Origin: a virus
Taxonomy: Duplodnaviria > Caudoviricetes
Virus record (IMG/VR): IMGVR_UViG_3300021387_000147
Direction: 5' to 3' (one strand)
DNA length: 64,000 nucleotides
Below the pieces are notes generated by a model. The model did no database searches. It saw nothing but the letters and a program-made list of their open reading frames with translations, and was not told the DNA's origin. Positions 1 through 10,700 of this stretch are shown here, one piece after another. Every line of letters starts with the position of its first letter. Position 1 is the stretch's first letter. A program made the position numbers and the translations under genes.

Positions 1-210
1 AAGCATACTGAAGCACGTAAATATATTAACGAACATGGTTTGTCATACTCAGATGTATTCAGTTATTTCTTTGTTGAGTTAATTCCTAAGTTAAAGAACA
101 AAGGACTTGGATATAAGTATTTGTCAGACTATGAATATAGATGTTCATTTAGTGCAGACCCATCTATTCAGATTGCGGCATGCATGATTGATTTATTTAG
201 TTGTATTTAA
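1..210 (+). CDS. Clamp loader large subunit (T4 gp44-like), C-terminal part only
   Basis: Frame 1 reads ...LSDYEYRCSFSADPSIQIAACMIDLFSCI*, resembling the C-terminus of T4-like gp44 (LADYQYKxAFVADxEINxxAC); gp62-like gene nearby. Confidence 0.75.
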   Translation, partial: KHTEARKYINEHGLSYSDVFSYFFVELIPKLKNKGLGYKYLSDYEYRCSFSADPSIQIAACMIDLFSCI

Positions 211-211
211 T

Positions 212-916
212 ATGTTTGATAGTCAGAAAATAAATTTCGATGATTGGTTATTAGGATATAAACACGGTGTATACGTGTTTACTTCCGATAGCTGTCATCT
301 TTGTCAAGAATATAAGAAGTCTATTGAGTATATCAATAATCATTTCTTATATTTTGTTGAAGTCACTACAGAACAGCAGAAAGAAGTCTTAGCAAAAACA
401 ATGAGACGTTCTGCTCTTCCTATGACTGCTTGTTATAAAGATAATAATCTACAATTCGTCCGTCTTGGACAATTGTTTGATTTACAAATGAAAGAAATCC
501 TTGAATTCTTAAAGGACTTTCCAAAAGAACCTTTGACTAAACAAGAGATTTTAGAAAAAATTGAAGATGCTAAGAAGCAATGTAAGTTTGCTTATTATTT
601 GTTCACTCAGACAACAACTGAAGATGAACGTCAAAAGATTATTCAAAAATCTTTTGGTTTCCATGAAATACCTGTTGATATTGAAAGAATTAGTCCAAAT
701 TTAGATAAAAACGATAGAATAAAACAGTTAAAAGGTGAGATACCTTTCGTAAAATTAGTTATATTTAAAGATGGCAGATCAAGTGCTGTATCTGAATTTG
801 GCCAAGCTATAATGATGGAATTTGCAAACTTAAAATCAAATCCAAATGCCAATCAAGATACTTTTGTAGTTAGAATGATTCCAGAGGTTTTAAATGATAA
901 CAATAGTTCCAACTAA
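212..916 (+). CDS. Thioredoxin-fold protein
   Basis: N-terminal VYVFTSDSCHLC (CxxC) and later SALP cis-Pro-like motif; ATG at 212 just after the gp44 stop. Confidence 0.5.
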   Translation: MFDSQKINFDDWLLGYKHGVYVFTSDSCHLCQEYKKSIEYINNHFLYFVEVTTEQQKEVLAKTMRRSALPMTACYKDNNLQFVRLGQLFDLQMKEILEFLKDFPKEPLTKQEILEKIEDAKKQCKFAYYLFTQTTTEDERQKIIQKSFGFHEIPVDIERISPNLDKNDRIKQLKGEIPFVKLVIFKDGRSSAVSEFGQAIMMEFANLKSNPNANQDTFVVRMIPEVLNDNNSSN

Positions 917-1649
917 AGAACTTCCAGAAAAACCAGACCCAAAATGCATTTATGTTCCTAACATTGAAGATGACTCAATGTGTAAAAAGCTAAATCGTGG
1001 AATTGAAACTTTCTTGAAGGAATTTCCAAATGAAGAAATTGTTTGTATTCGTCACGATGATGCAGAAGTCAGAACAAAAGCTGATGTTGTAGAATGGCAA
1101 ATAAAGGAAATGACTAAAACACATGAAGTTGGTGTGGTTGGTGTAATTGGATGTGCTTGTCTTTATCCAAGTTGTACTTGGTGGAACCCAAATCGTAAAG
1201 TAAATGGTTTAGGTGCTATCAAACAAGGTGGTAGAAGACCAAAGCAAGTAAATGGTTTAACATACGTCGATAAAGATGGTAAGCCAATTATGGAAGACTA
1301 TGAATACGCAATGATTGAACATTTAGGCGTAATTGATTACGCTGCAACTTGTGATGGTTGTTGCATGTTCTTCCCAAGATGGATATTTGAAGAAGGTCTT
1401 CGTTATGATGAATGGTTGCCAGACTTCCATTTTTATGATGCAGATATTTGTTGTGAAGTATTATCTAGAGGATATAAAGTTGGTATCAATACAAATATAG
1501 AAGTATTCCATAAATCTAGTGGTGAAATGCCACCTCAATTTAATAAGTTAAGAGAAAATTTCTATAATAAGTGGAATAATCGTATTGACCAATGGCCAAT
1601 TTCTAGATTGACTAAGTTTAAGAGGATTGCAAATGGCCGCATTATTTGA
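894..1649 (+). CDS. GT-A fold glycosyltransferase-like protein
   Basis: LNRGI, IRHDD, DGCCMF and FHFYDADIC motifs typical of GT2-related glycosyltransferases. Confidence 0.7.
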   Translation: MITIVPTKELPEKPDPKCIYVPNIEDDSMCKKLNRGIETFLKEFPNEEIVCIRHDDAEVRTKADVVEWQIKEMTKTHEVGVVGVIGCACLYPSCTWWNPNRKVNGLGAIKQGGRRPKQVNGLTYVDKDGKPIMEDYEYAMIEHLGVIDYAATCDGCCMFFPRWIFEEGLRYDEWLPDFHFYDADICCEVLSRGYKVGINTNIEVFHKSSGEMPPQFNKLRENFYNKWNNRIDQWPISRLTKFKRIANGRII

Positions 1650-2040
1650 TGTATTAAAAGCATTTACAACAAAGCAATATCCAACATGGAATGAATTGCC
1701 ACCTGAATTAAAAGAAGGTTATAGTCAATTCATGATAAATAGATTTCTATCATGTAAGGAATATCTATTACCTTTGTTAGATGATTTATCTTGTAAACGT
1801 TTAACTGATGAAATGCATTATAACATTCTTATAAATGCAGTTAGACAAGGATATACGTTCTTCAATTATAATGCATATAAGAAAGAACCTGAAGATGATT
1901 TATTATTGAATGCAATAATGAAGGAATATGAGGTTGGATTGCGTGAAGCAAGAATGTATGCAAATGATTTGACAGAAGTTCAGAAAAATAAATTAAAGGA
2001 AAAGTGGGAAGATTATTATAAATATGTTATAAACACTTAG
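1633..2040 (+). CDS. Clamp loader small subunit (T4 gp62-like)
   Basis: YSQFMINRFLS motif, ~135 aa, IMKEYEVGLREA helix, located downstream of gp44. Confidence 0.7.
   Translation: MAALFDVLKAFTTKQYPTWNELPPELKEGYSQFMINRFLSCKEYLLPLLDDLSCKRLTDEMHYNILINAVRQGYTFFNYNAYKKEPEDDLLLNAIMKEYEVGLREARMYANDLTEVQKNKLKEKWEDYYKYVINT
2017..2024 (+). promoter_or_regulatory. T4-type late promoter TATAAATA
   Basis: Exact TATAAATA 31 nt upstream of the 2056 ORF. Confidence 0.55.
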
Positions 2041-2055
2041 TAAAAAGGGTATAAC

Positions 2056-2325
2056 ATGTTATTGACTGAAGCACTTGAACTTTTAGAAAAGAATGGATAC
2101 GAAATATCTGATAATGCAACTGAAAAACAAAGAGAACGTTTAGCAAAAGATATTAGAGAGCAAATTGTTCCTGCAATGATGGAAATAATTTTTAAGCGTT
2201 CTTTTGGAGAAGAAGAATTCAAACATAAGATTATGGAATGTTATTTGCCAGTTGCAAAAATAATGGCAGATAAAAATTTGACAAAAGAACAGAAAGCTGA
2301 AGCAATCTTAGATAATTGGATGTAA
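2056..2325 (+). CDS. Late protein with N-terminal L-x-EA...GY motif
   Basis: MLLTEALELLEKNGYEI; late promoter upstream. Confidence 0.7.
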   Translation: MLLTEALELLEKNGYEISDNATEKQRERLAKDIREQIVPAMMEIIFKRSFGEEEFKHKIMECYLPVAKIMADKNLTKEQKAEAILDNWM

Positions 2326-2326
2326 A

Positions 2327-2560
2327 ATGAAAGTATTATTATTCGTATTATTGTTGAGTTTATACTCATTTGCTTTTAATTTGCATATTGATGTATGTAA
2401 AGATGTAGATAAAATTTGTTATGAATATGATTTTAAAGATGTTAGAGATTGGCATTGGATAAATAATAAGCAATATTTAAGGGTTTTATTCTACGATAAA
2501 AGAGAATTGGATATGAACCTTGGAAATTATAAGATTGTAAACATTAAGAAACGTAAATAA
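2327..2560 (+). CDS. Small secreted hypothetical protein
   Basis: Signal peptide MKVLLFVLLLSLYSFA. Confidence 0.6.
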   Translation: MKVLLFVLLLSLYSFAFNLHIDVCKDVDKICYEYDFKDVRDWHWINNKQYLRVLFYDKRELDMNLGNYKIVNIKKRK

Positions 2561-2775
2561 AAGTTTACATATTTCTATAGGGATGGGAGGAAATATGGGG
2601 AAAGACAGCTGAATAAGCTGTCTTTTTTTGCGCCCAGATGCATTCTGGAGCATTTTTTATGCCCAAGGATGGTACTTATACGGGTAGGGCCTTCCAGGAT
2701 GCCCAGAAACGCTCTATTTTTATGTAAATTATAGTTTACATAACAAAAAAGAATGACAAAAACTGTCATTCTTCT
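2552..2775. repeat. GC-rich convergent intergenic element flanked by TGTAAA-N6-TTTACA boxes, with hairpins/terminators
   Basis: Boxes at 2552-2569 (1 mismatch) and 2723-2740; hairpins AAAGACAGCT/AGCTGTCTTT and AGAATGACA/TGTCATTCT; core CCCAGATGCATTCTGGAGCATTTTTTA recurs near 58650. Confidence 0.6.
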
Positions 2776-2816
2776 ATTGGTTGAAACGTGTCCGGTAAAT
2801 GGACCAATATTTGGAA

Positions 2817-3284
2817 TTATGCTAAAGAATTATAGAATACGATAATTGCGGCACAAAGATTTAATGTAGAATAGTCTCTTGAAGTATAATTCTTAATATA
2901 CTTGTTAAATGCTCTTGGAGAACATTTAGAAGAGTCATTTACAATTGACTCAGGTCTATCTACAGAACCGTCTTTTGCTTCTACTGTTTTAATGATTTGT
3001 TCGCATGCACCATGAACTTGGTTTTCCCAAGATTTGATTTGGTCTTCCATATCACCAATCTTTTTAGTCTGGTCACAATTATCATTATAAGCAGTAGAAA
3101 TAGCTTGAATGACGTTTTGTGCAATAGTGACTTGTGGTTTAATTGCATCTCTAATTAAAGTCTTCTTAGTCTGTGTATTTTCTTCATCTTCGTTAATGAA
3201 ATCAATACATGGCTTCTGAATCTTCAATTGATAGTCATTGTAATTAACGTCTAAATTTTCTATAAGTCTTTGTAAATTTGTCAT
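2817..3284 (-). CDS. Hypothetical late protein
   Basis: 155-aa ORF; TATAAATA on the minus strand at 3300-3307. Confidence 0.7.
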   Translation of the reverse strand: MTNLQRLIENLDVNYNDYQLKIQKPCIDFINEDEENTQTKKTLIRDAIKPQVTIAQNVIQAISTAYNDNCDQTKKIGDMEDQIKSWENQVHGACEQIIKTVEAKDGSVDRPESIVNDSSKCSPRAFNKYIKNYTSRDYSTLNLCAAIIVFYNSLA

Positions 3285-3286
3285 AA

Positions 3287-6238
3287 TTATCCTCTTAGAT
3301 ATTTATATAAATCTTCAGCTAGTTCGTTTGAGAAGCTTTCCGTCTTTTCTTCCGCTTTTGCTGGAACTTTAGATGAAACGTCTTGGCCAATTGCTTTTGT
3401 ATCTCCAGAGTTAGTTTCGGTTCCTTTATCTTGTGTTTCTTCTTGATTAGTTTCTTCTTTCTTTTCTTCATTATTTTGGTTCTTTTGGAATATTCCATAA
3501 ATGACTAATAAAATATAGAATGGATCAGATTTAATTTTTTCATCATTTAATGGTTTTAAGTCATCTGCATTCTTTTGCTTGAATTCTTCACTAGACATTA
3601 AATTCTTATATAATTCATTGACTTTATTTGCCCAATCATTATATTCTTTAATGAAATCATCAACTTTCTTTTCTTTAGCATTATCAACTAATTTTTCGCA
3701 ATTTCCGCAATATTCTGCAACAGTCTTACTAATTTCTTCATAATTAAGACCTTTATTTTCTTCTTCATTTAAGTTAAGAACTATATCTTTAATTTCATCC
3801 ATTAGACTTTCTTTAGTAATAGCTTTAACTTCTTGGCCAAGAGCTTGCATATCTTGAGATACAAACTTCTTAAAGAAGAATACTTTTGGAATAAAATACT
3901 TAAAGATATTTTCAAATTTTTGTGATATTACTTCATAAGCTTTCTTTAACTTATCATTTTGTTCAATAGTCTTAGTAATAGTTGCTATTTGTTCTTGTGA
4001 TGTTTTAATGAAAGCTAAAGCATTTTGTGGTTCTTTAACTTTATCATCTACAGCTTGAATTTCTTTATTAACAGTAACTACTTGTTGTGTTAACTGTTGT
4101 GGAACTTCTTCTGATGCATCTTCTTTCTTTTCATGACCAATTGCTAATAGAACTGGGTCATTTACAATTTCAACTACATTAGAAATCTGTTTTACTGCTC
4201 CACCAAATTCTTGACGTAAATCTTCAATATTACCAATTTCTACGTCAGAGAATTCTGGAATATCAGTTAAATTACTGATTGCATCAAACAATAGCTTAGA
4301 TTTATCAAATAATTCACCAGCAGTAATTGTATTAGTTATCATTTCATCATAACTTAACATTCTTGCATTATTTGATTTTGAATTGAATAAACCTAATAGC
4401 TTAGCAAATGTTTCAGATACAACCTTCTGATTTTTATCAGTTAACTTTTCAGCAACCTTAATCATTCCTTCAGATGCTTTACCAATAGAACCGTCAGAAT
4501 ATCCTTTATCTAATGCACCAAAACCAAAATCAATACCTAAATTGAAATTGAATTTTGTATTTCTCCAATCAATCTTTTCTTCTTTAGGTTTTTCTTGTTT
4601 TTGTTCTTGATTCTTTTCATTATCTTTTTTAGCATCATCTGCAGCATCTTGAACTGCAGCTACAGTTTCTGTATTTGCTTTATCGTCATCTGGACCTTCA
4701 ACAATCATTGGATTGTTATAAACAGGTTTATAACTTGCAGCTTGCTGTGGTACTTCTTCCTGTTTTTCTTCAGTATTTTCTGCAGGTTTTTCTTCATCAA
4801 TTTTCTTTAATTCATCCATTGCAGTCTGATAACCTAACTTAACATTAGCTAGATTATTTTTGGTATTATTCATATAATCTTTTGTAGACTGATTAATACT
4901 GAATTTACCATCTTTTTCAACTACAAGAGGTTTATCCTTTAATTGTAAGAATGCATTAGTGAAATCCTGTTCATACTTAACTAAATCTGATGCGTATGTT
5001 TGGATAATTTCATAAATTTTATCATTCTTTTTCTTTTCACCATCATTACCAATCTGTTGCATATCATTACAGAAATCTTTTTGTTTCTTATTTTCAAGAT
5101 CTGTAATAATATCCTTCTGTGAAGTTCTCTTATCATTTAAGAATTCTTGCCACTTCTTTTCACCATGTTCAATAACCTTAAAGAACTTGATCAATAACTT
5201 AGCAGCGCAGTTAAAGATATTCCATTTCTGCTTATCAATAGCATCAATTGCTTTTGCTAAATCTGGGTGATTCTTAATATAAGTCATTGGACCAAAGTGA
5301 CCTAAACGACCTACACGCTTTTCAACTGTATTTGTGACAGGGTCTGTGAAATTATCTTCAGTATCTTTCTTTTCCTTTTCGATAATTTCCATACGACCTT
5401 TTTCAAAAGATGCTTGTAATGTTTTCTTCTTTGTTTCTACATCTCTCTTGTGTTCTTCAATAAATGGATTCATATATCTGATTTTATCTTCATCTTTCTT
5501 AAATGAATATACATTATTGAAGAATTCTTTAATGGATAGATTATCAATATCAGATGCTTCATTTAAATTAGCAATGAATTCATCTGTTGATTCATTTCTT
5601 TTGTTAATATCTTCTTTAACACCAGCTACAGCATCGATTAACATCTTAGTATCGATTTTTTCTAGCTGATTAAAATAATCTTCTTTTTCAGTCTTAAATG
5701 CATTCTTTAAACCGTATAGAACATCATCTTGAGAGATATTCTTTTTATCACCAAGTTTATAGATTACATCAATAGAATTATATGTTAAGATTTTACCTAA
5801 TCTTTCGTATTCTTGTGAGGCTGTACTAAAATTCCAAGATTTATTATCTTTTACATGCTTTTCAAGTGAATTTTTGTCTAACTTAACTGATTGCTGGAAT
5901 ACTTGTTTAATATCAGAATCAGTATCATCACCAAAAATTAAATCAGCTCTTGGATCTGGAGAACCATTATCTAATGCTACTTTAAATTCTTTCTTCTTAA
6001 ATTCACCTTTATCATCTTTGATATAATATGTAAATTTATCATTATTATAGCTTTTAGCAAAATCTTCAACTGGCACTACATGAGACCAGTTATCTTTATC
6101 AAAAGACTTTATTGCTTTAATAACAGCATCTTTATCTTTGGTTTCACCATTAAACCATTGTCTTACTAATTTTTCTTGGTCTTCAGTTGCTTTTTCATTT
6201 AAATAGTTCTTTACAAAATCTTGATACTTTTGTGACAT
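3287..6238 (-). CDS. Large acidic coiled-coil late protein, probable internal head protein
   Basis: Start MSQKYQDFVKNYLNE after a GAGG RBS; late promoter 6256-6263; several LNE/IVE sites. Confidence 0.65.
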   Translation of the reverse strand: MSQKYQDFVKNYLNEKATEDQEKLVRQWFNGETKDKDAVIKAIKSFDKDNWSHVVPVEDFAKSYNNDKFTYYIKDDKGEFKKKEFKVALDNGSPDPRADLIFGDDTDSDIKQVFQQSVKLDKNSLEKHVKDNKSWNFSTASQEYERLGKILTYNSIDVIYKLGDKKNISQDDVLYGLKNAFKTEKEDYFNQLEKIDTKMLIDAVAGVKEDINKRNESTDEFIANLNEASDIDNLSIKEFFNNVYSFKKDEDKIRYMNPFIEEHKRDVETKKKTLQASFEKGRMEIIEKEKKDTEDNFTDPVTNTVEKRVGRLGHFGPMTYIKNHPDLAKAIDAIDKQKWNIFNCAAKLLIKFFKVIEHGEKKWQEFLNDKRTSQKDIITDLENKKQKDFCNDMQQIGNDGEKKKNDKIYEIIQTYASDLVKYEQDFTNAFLQLKDKPLVVEKDGKFSINQSTKDYMNNTKNNLANVKLGYQTAMDELKKIDEEKPAENTEEKQEEVPQQAASYKPVYNNPMIVEGPDDDKANTETVAAVQDAADDAKKDNEKNQEQKQEKPKEEKIDWRNTKFNFNLGIDFGFGALDKGYSDGSIGKASEGMIKVAEKLTDKNQKVVSETFAKLLGLFNSKSNNARMLSYDEMITNTITAGELFDKSKLLFDAISNLTDIPEFSDVEIGNIEDLRQEFGGAVKQISNVVEIVNDPVLLAIGHEKKEDASEEVPQQLTQQVVTVNKEIQAVDDKVKEPQNALAFIKTSQEQIATITKTIEQNDKLKKAYEVISQKFENIFKYFIPKVFFFKKFVSQDMQALGQEVKAITKESLMDEIKDIVLNLNEEENKGLNYEEISKTVAEYCGNCEKLVDNAKEKKVDDFIKEYNDWANKVNELYKNLMSSEEFKQKNADDLKPLNDEKIKSDPFYILLVIYGIFQKNQNNEEKKEETNQEETQDKGTETNSGDTKAIGQDVSSKVPAKAEEKTESFSNELAEDLYKYLRG

Positions 6239-6255
6239 ATAATTTACCTCTAAGA

Positions 6256-6298
6256 TATTTATACAATAAAAAAAGACTCTCACTTGGAGAGTCTTAAA
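6256..6298 (-). terminator. Intrinsic terminator followed directly by a late promoter
   Basis: Stem AAGACTCT/AGAGTCTT plus T-run on the minus strand, then TATAAATA at 6256-6263. Confidence 0.7.
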
Positions 6299-6317
6299 TC
6301 TTATAGGTTAATTGTTA

Positions 6318-7226
6318 TTACTTTTCCCAAACTGCTAAGCAAGAAGGATCTTGATCATCTACTTCATAGTCAATTTCGTCTAGAGTGTCAAGTGCTTCAC
6401 ATAGGTCAGAGTATACTTCTGAGTCTACAATGTTATCTACACTTTCGTCATAGATGAATGTGACATCTGCTTCAGATTCATCAATTAAAGTCTTCAACTG
6501 TAATTCCTTTACAATATCGAATACTTCATCAATATCTTTCTTTTTCTTCTTGTCCTTCTTCTTGTCTTTCTTTTTACCACCGCAGCAACCTGCACCACAT
6601 TCATTTACCTTAGTAGATTCATCAACGTCGTCATCATCGTCTTCGCCGTCTTCATTATATTCTACTGGTTCAGCATCTTCATCTGAATAGTAAATGTTTG
6701 TTTCTGGTCCCATGATTGATGGGTCTGCGACTTCAAAACCGTCAACTTCTGTTGTAGGAACATCTTCTTCTGTAGCTGGTTCTTCTGCATCTGTTTCAGT
6801 GTCAGAAATTACATTTAAATGAGCACCGCAACATGGGCAAACAGGATCAGCCAAGTCTAATTCATATTCTTCATCAGGATCTGGTTCTGCATCTGGGTCT
6901 GCTTCAGCGTCGTCATCTTCGTCACCTTCAGCATCTTCTGCATCAGCTACCGCATCTTCAGCGTCTGCAACAATATCTTCTTCAGATTCTTCTGGAGCGA
7001 TTACACCTGTTCCACCACAAGTTTCACATTCTTCTCCATCTTCATCTTCGCCGGTACCGTCACAGTCTGGACATTCAATTTCTTCAACTGCTTCTACATC
7101 AGCATCTTCTGCAGTATCGTCAGTTTCAGTTTCATCTTCTTCGACTTTGTCATCATCGTCATCGTCTTCTGAAGCTTCACACAACCATGCTGCTTTCTTA
7201 AAATATAAATCATCGAATTTGTTCAT
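6318..7226 (-). CDS. Highly acidic late protein with a DnaJ-type Zn finger and a CPCCG module
   Basis: CPDCDGTG...CETCGGTG, PVCPCCG, D/E-rich; TATAAATA at 7246-7253. Confidence 0.7.
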   Translation of the reverse strand: MNKFDDLYFKKAAWLCEASEDDDDDDKVEEDETETDDTAEDADVEAVEEIECPDCDGTGEDEDGEECETCGGTGVIAPEESEEDIVADAEDAVADAEDAEGDEDDDAEADPDAEPDPDEEYELDLADPVCPCCGAHLNVISDTETDAEEPATEEDVPTTEVDGFEVADPSIMGPETNIYYSDEDAEPVEYNEDGEDDDDDVDESTKVNECGAGCCGGKKKDKKKDKKKKKDIDEVFDIVKELQLKTLIDESEADVTFIYDESVDNIVDSEVYSDLCEALDTLDEIDYEVDDQDPSCLAVWEK

Positions 7227-7263
7227 ATTAAATATCTCCTTAGTATATTTATAAAAATTAAAA

Positions 7264-7734
7264 TTAATGAATATGTTTTAGCATTTCAATGATTTCATTT
7301 TCGATATAATAAGGATCGATTTTAATGTTATCATTGGCTAGTTTATTTGCTATCGCATTTGCTTTGACTTTTACAATTCTCTTTAATTGAGGGTCTGTAT
7401 ATTCAAAACGAGTATTATATTCTGGTTCTATATTACCATTTGCATCGTAATATGGTTCATGAACAGCTAATTCAGTTTCGTAGATATTCAATGCTTCTTC
7501 ACCGCAAATATCTAGTAAATAATCTGAAAAAGCGTTCTCTTTTAAAAACTTGTTTTCAGTTGTTAACTTCAAATCTTGTCCAAATTGATTCTTTACTGAG
7601 TCAACAATCTTTAATCGTTTACCACAGCAAGGACAAACTGGATTTGTCAATGATATATCATAAGCAACTTCTTTAGTTACTTCTTGTGTACCATCGTTAA
7701 CTTCTGTATAGTTATCTAATTCTAAATTATCCAT
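7264..7734 (-). CDS. Hypothetical protein with PVCPCCG module
   Basis: YDISLTNPVCPCCGKRL, shared with the downstream gene. Confidence 0.65.
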   Translation of the reverse strand: MDNLELDNYTEVNDGTQEVTKEVAYDISLTNPVCPCCGKRLKIVDSVKNQFGQDLKLTTENKFLKENAFSDYLLDICGEEALNIYETELAVHEPYYDANGNIEPEYNTRFEYTDPQLKRIVKVKANAIANKLANDNIKIDPYYIENEIIEMLKHIH

Positions 7735-10700
7735 TGTCCATCTCTACACTTATATTATCAATACTTACTGCATTGATACTAATATATTTATATAGTTTCT
7801 TATTGTCTTCATTTCCTGGTGCAATACGATAATGTTTTTCTTCTGTATCGCCGTAAATTTGGTTCTTATATTTGAAAGTACCACCACATTCTGGACATGG
7901 AATATAAAATAGACCATTAATTACCTTATTATAAGGACTACAATTTGGACATTGTTTTAATTCAATCATATCTTCTAATTCATCAGGTACAGCTGTACCA
8001 TATTCTATTTCTTCACCTACTTTCTCTGGAATCCATAAAGTACCACTTTTAGGAATAGATGTTGAATGGAATGTATAGAATTGTACTTTTTTAACAGTGT
8101 CTTGTATAGTAATATAACCTACAACATAATTACTACGACTATCAGTTGTAGCAATTGGAGTTGTATTACTTTCATTATAAGTATAATCTTTCTTTGCTTT
8201 ATATGTAGTACCTAAACCTAAACATGTTGGACATACAACATAGCCAGTGTCATGACAATGATCACATTTTGCAATGTTATAGTCTTCTCTATGTGTATCT
8301 TCTAGATAACCTACACCATTACATACAGGACAAACATCTTTTACGATAGTTGGATTGTTCATAATATCGTAAATTACTTCACCTTTAGAATTTACCTTAT
8401 AGACATCAATTTCACCTTCACCATTACACATTTTACATGTATGTTGAAGTTTAACACCTGTCTTTCTATAATCTAATTCTAAATCTCTATCATGATGACC
8501 AACTTCACCATAATATGGATAATATCTATTATTCATATTCAATGTATATTTTTCTTGAGATACATGATTATGGTTATGTTCACCTCTATTAATAATTTCT
8601 TCTTTTAGATTATACTGACATGGATTTTCTAGAGTATTATTTTCAAAATACTGCTTTTCAATCCACTTTGGATCAAAGAATATTCTTGACCATGCATCTT
8701 TAGGACCACCAGCTACGTTCTTATCTTGACCTCTAAATGCATAATATTGAACGAAATTGTCTGGTAATTCAATTCCTCTATATAATTGATTCTGATATTG
8801 CTTTCTAATCTTGTTCTGTTCAGTTCCAGTCAATCTATCCCATTTTGGATAAATCTGATGGAAATCAGTGACAAATTGGAAATTATTATTAACATCACGT
8901 GGAACGTCAACATAATTCCACATTTGACCATAACCTAAATATGCTTTCTTATAAGTTAGTTTACTTCCATATACAGTGCATGCTGAATATCCAATAGGTT
9001 CAGCTGAAGTTGTATAAAGAATTAAATCTTTCTTTATATCTTCATCCATCAAATTAGTTGGTAATAACAACTGATTTTTATTTGATATTCTTGGATCTGC
9101 TACATCATTTAATTGTAAACCATACATTGATAAAGGTTTTACATACTTATGCTTATAATATAAGTATCTGATATTAATACCAGTTCTACCACATGTTGGA
9201 CATAGTAAATCATTTGACTGTAATTCATAGAATGGTGATTCACCTTTATAAGGATAATTAGCCCAGTTATTGCAACCATGCTTATATGGGTTAATCATAC
9301 CTACACCAGAACAAGTTCTACATACATGACGATAAGCAGATAAGCCATTCCAACTAATGTTGTTATGGATTTTCATATCTGTACCTTTATTGAAATAGTC
9401 ATTAGCAATTGCTGGTCTATCAGTAAAGATGAAATTTTGTGCTACGTTTGAATTTTCTTGACCATTAGCTAAATAGGTCATACCAGAACCAGCTGACAAT
9501 GTATCATGCGCAGAGAAACTTTCTTTATAATAGATAGTCTTTACTTCTCTATTAGTCATAAAGTTATGGAAATTATTTTGCCATTGCCATTTCTTATCAG
9601 TTTCAGGCTTTCTAATTTCTGCAGTATCAATTTTACCTTCGTATGAATAATATGGTTCATATTGAATTGGATCACAATTACGTGTTGAATTATTATAAAC
9701 ATCATAAGCACTTTCATTCAAAGTTAACCATACATACTTATTTGGTATTGCATCAATTACATCATTATGGAATTGGAAAACACCTTCAAAGAAACCATTT
9801 TTAGGTGTATTCCAATATAACATATTTTGTGTTTCCTCATTTGGGAAATAATTATATCTTGTCTGATATGGATTTTTAATATAAGGATATGCTTGTAGAT
9901 AACTAATATCATTATCTTTATCATTTATAGCTACATTATAAGCACTATGAATCTGATTATCACCTAGATAACCTACGTGCATACATGTATTACCATCTAA
10001 TACATTTTCCAAATTACCAATATCAGACAAGTTATTCAATTCATTATAATAATTTGTCTTTAAGTGATATACACCATTTCTTGATGGTAAGACTGATAAA
10101 TTTTCATCCTTATACAAGATGAAATTCATAATTTCATCATAATTCCAACTATATTTTGGTGAATATTCAAATGTTTTTGTCTTTGAATGCAACATATAGT
10201 TAAGAATTTCTGCAGGTTTACTATTATTATCATTTACATGCACCATGATATTTTCATATTCACCATTAAAATCTTTATGATCTTTCATATAAGCATGTAA
10301 ATACTCACTAGAAACAATATTACTTAAACTTACCCAACTAGGATGACTTGATTGTGGATTCCACAAAAAATCAGGTAATTCTAATGCTTCAATTTTTGTA
10401 TTTAATGGTGGTAATTTAAATTTAACTGTTATCTGTGCTAAATTTTTATATGTAAATGTATCTGAAATTTCAGTAAAATCTGTTTCAGACAATGTTTTAA
10501 TAATTGATCTTTTAATATAAGCACTACGCCAATTGAACCAAATAGGTGTTGGTCCATCAATTCTTTTTGATTCAGTATTTTCACCTTGTTTATGAATACA
10601 ATAATTTATTTTATATGTTGTATCATATAATTTTTCAATTGATAATTGATGGTCAATTGAGTATTCTGGATCAGAATTACGAATAGCTTTTTCAAATAGA

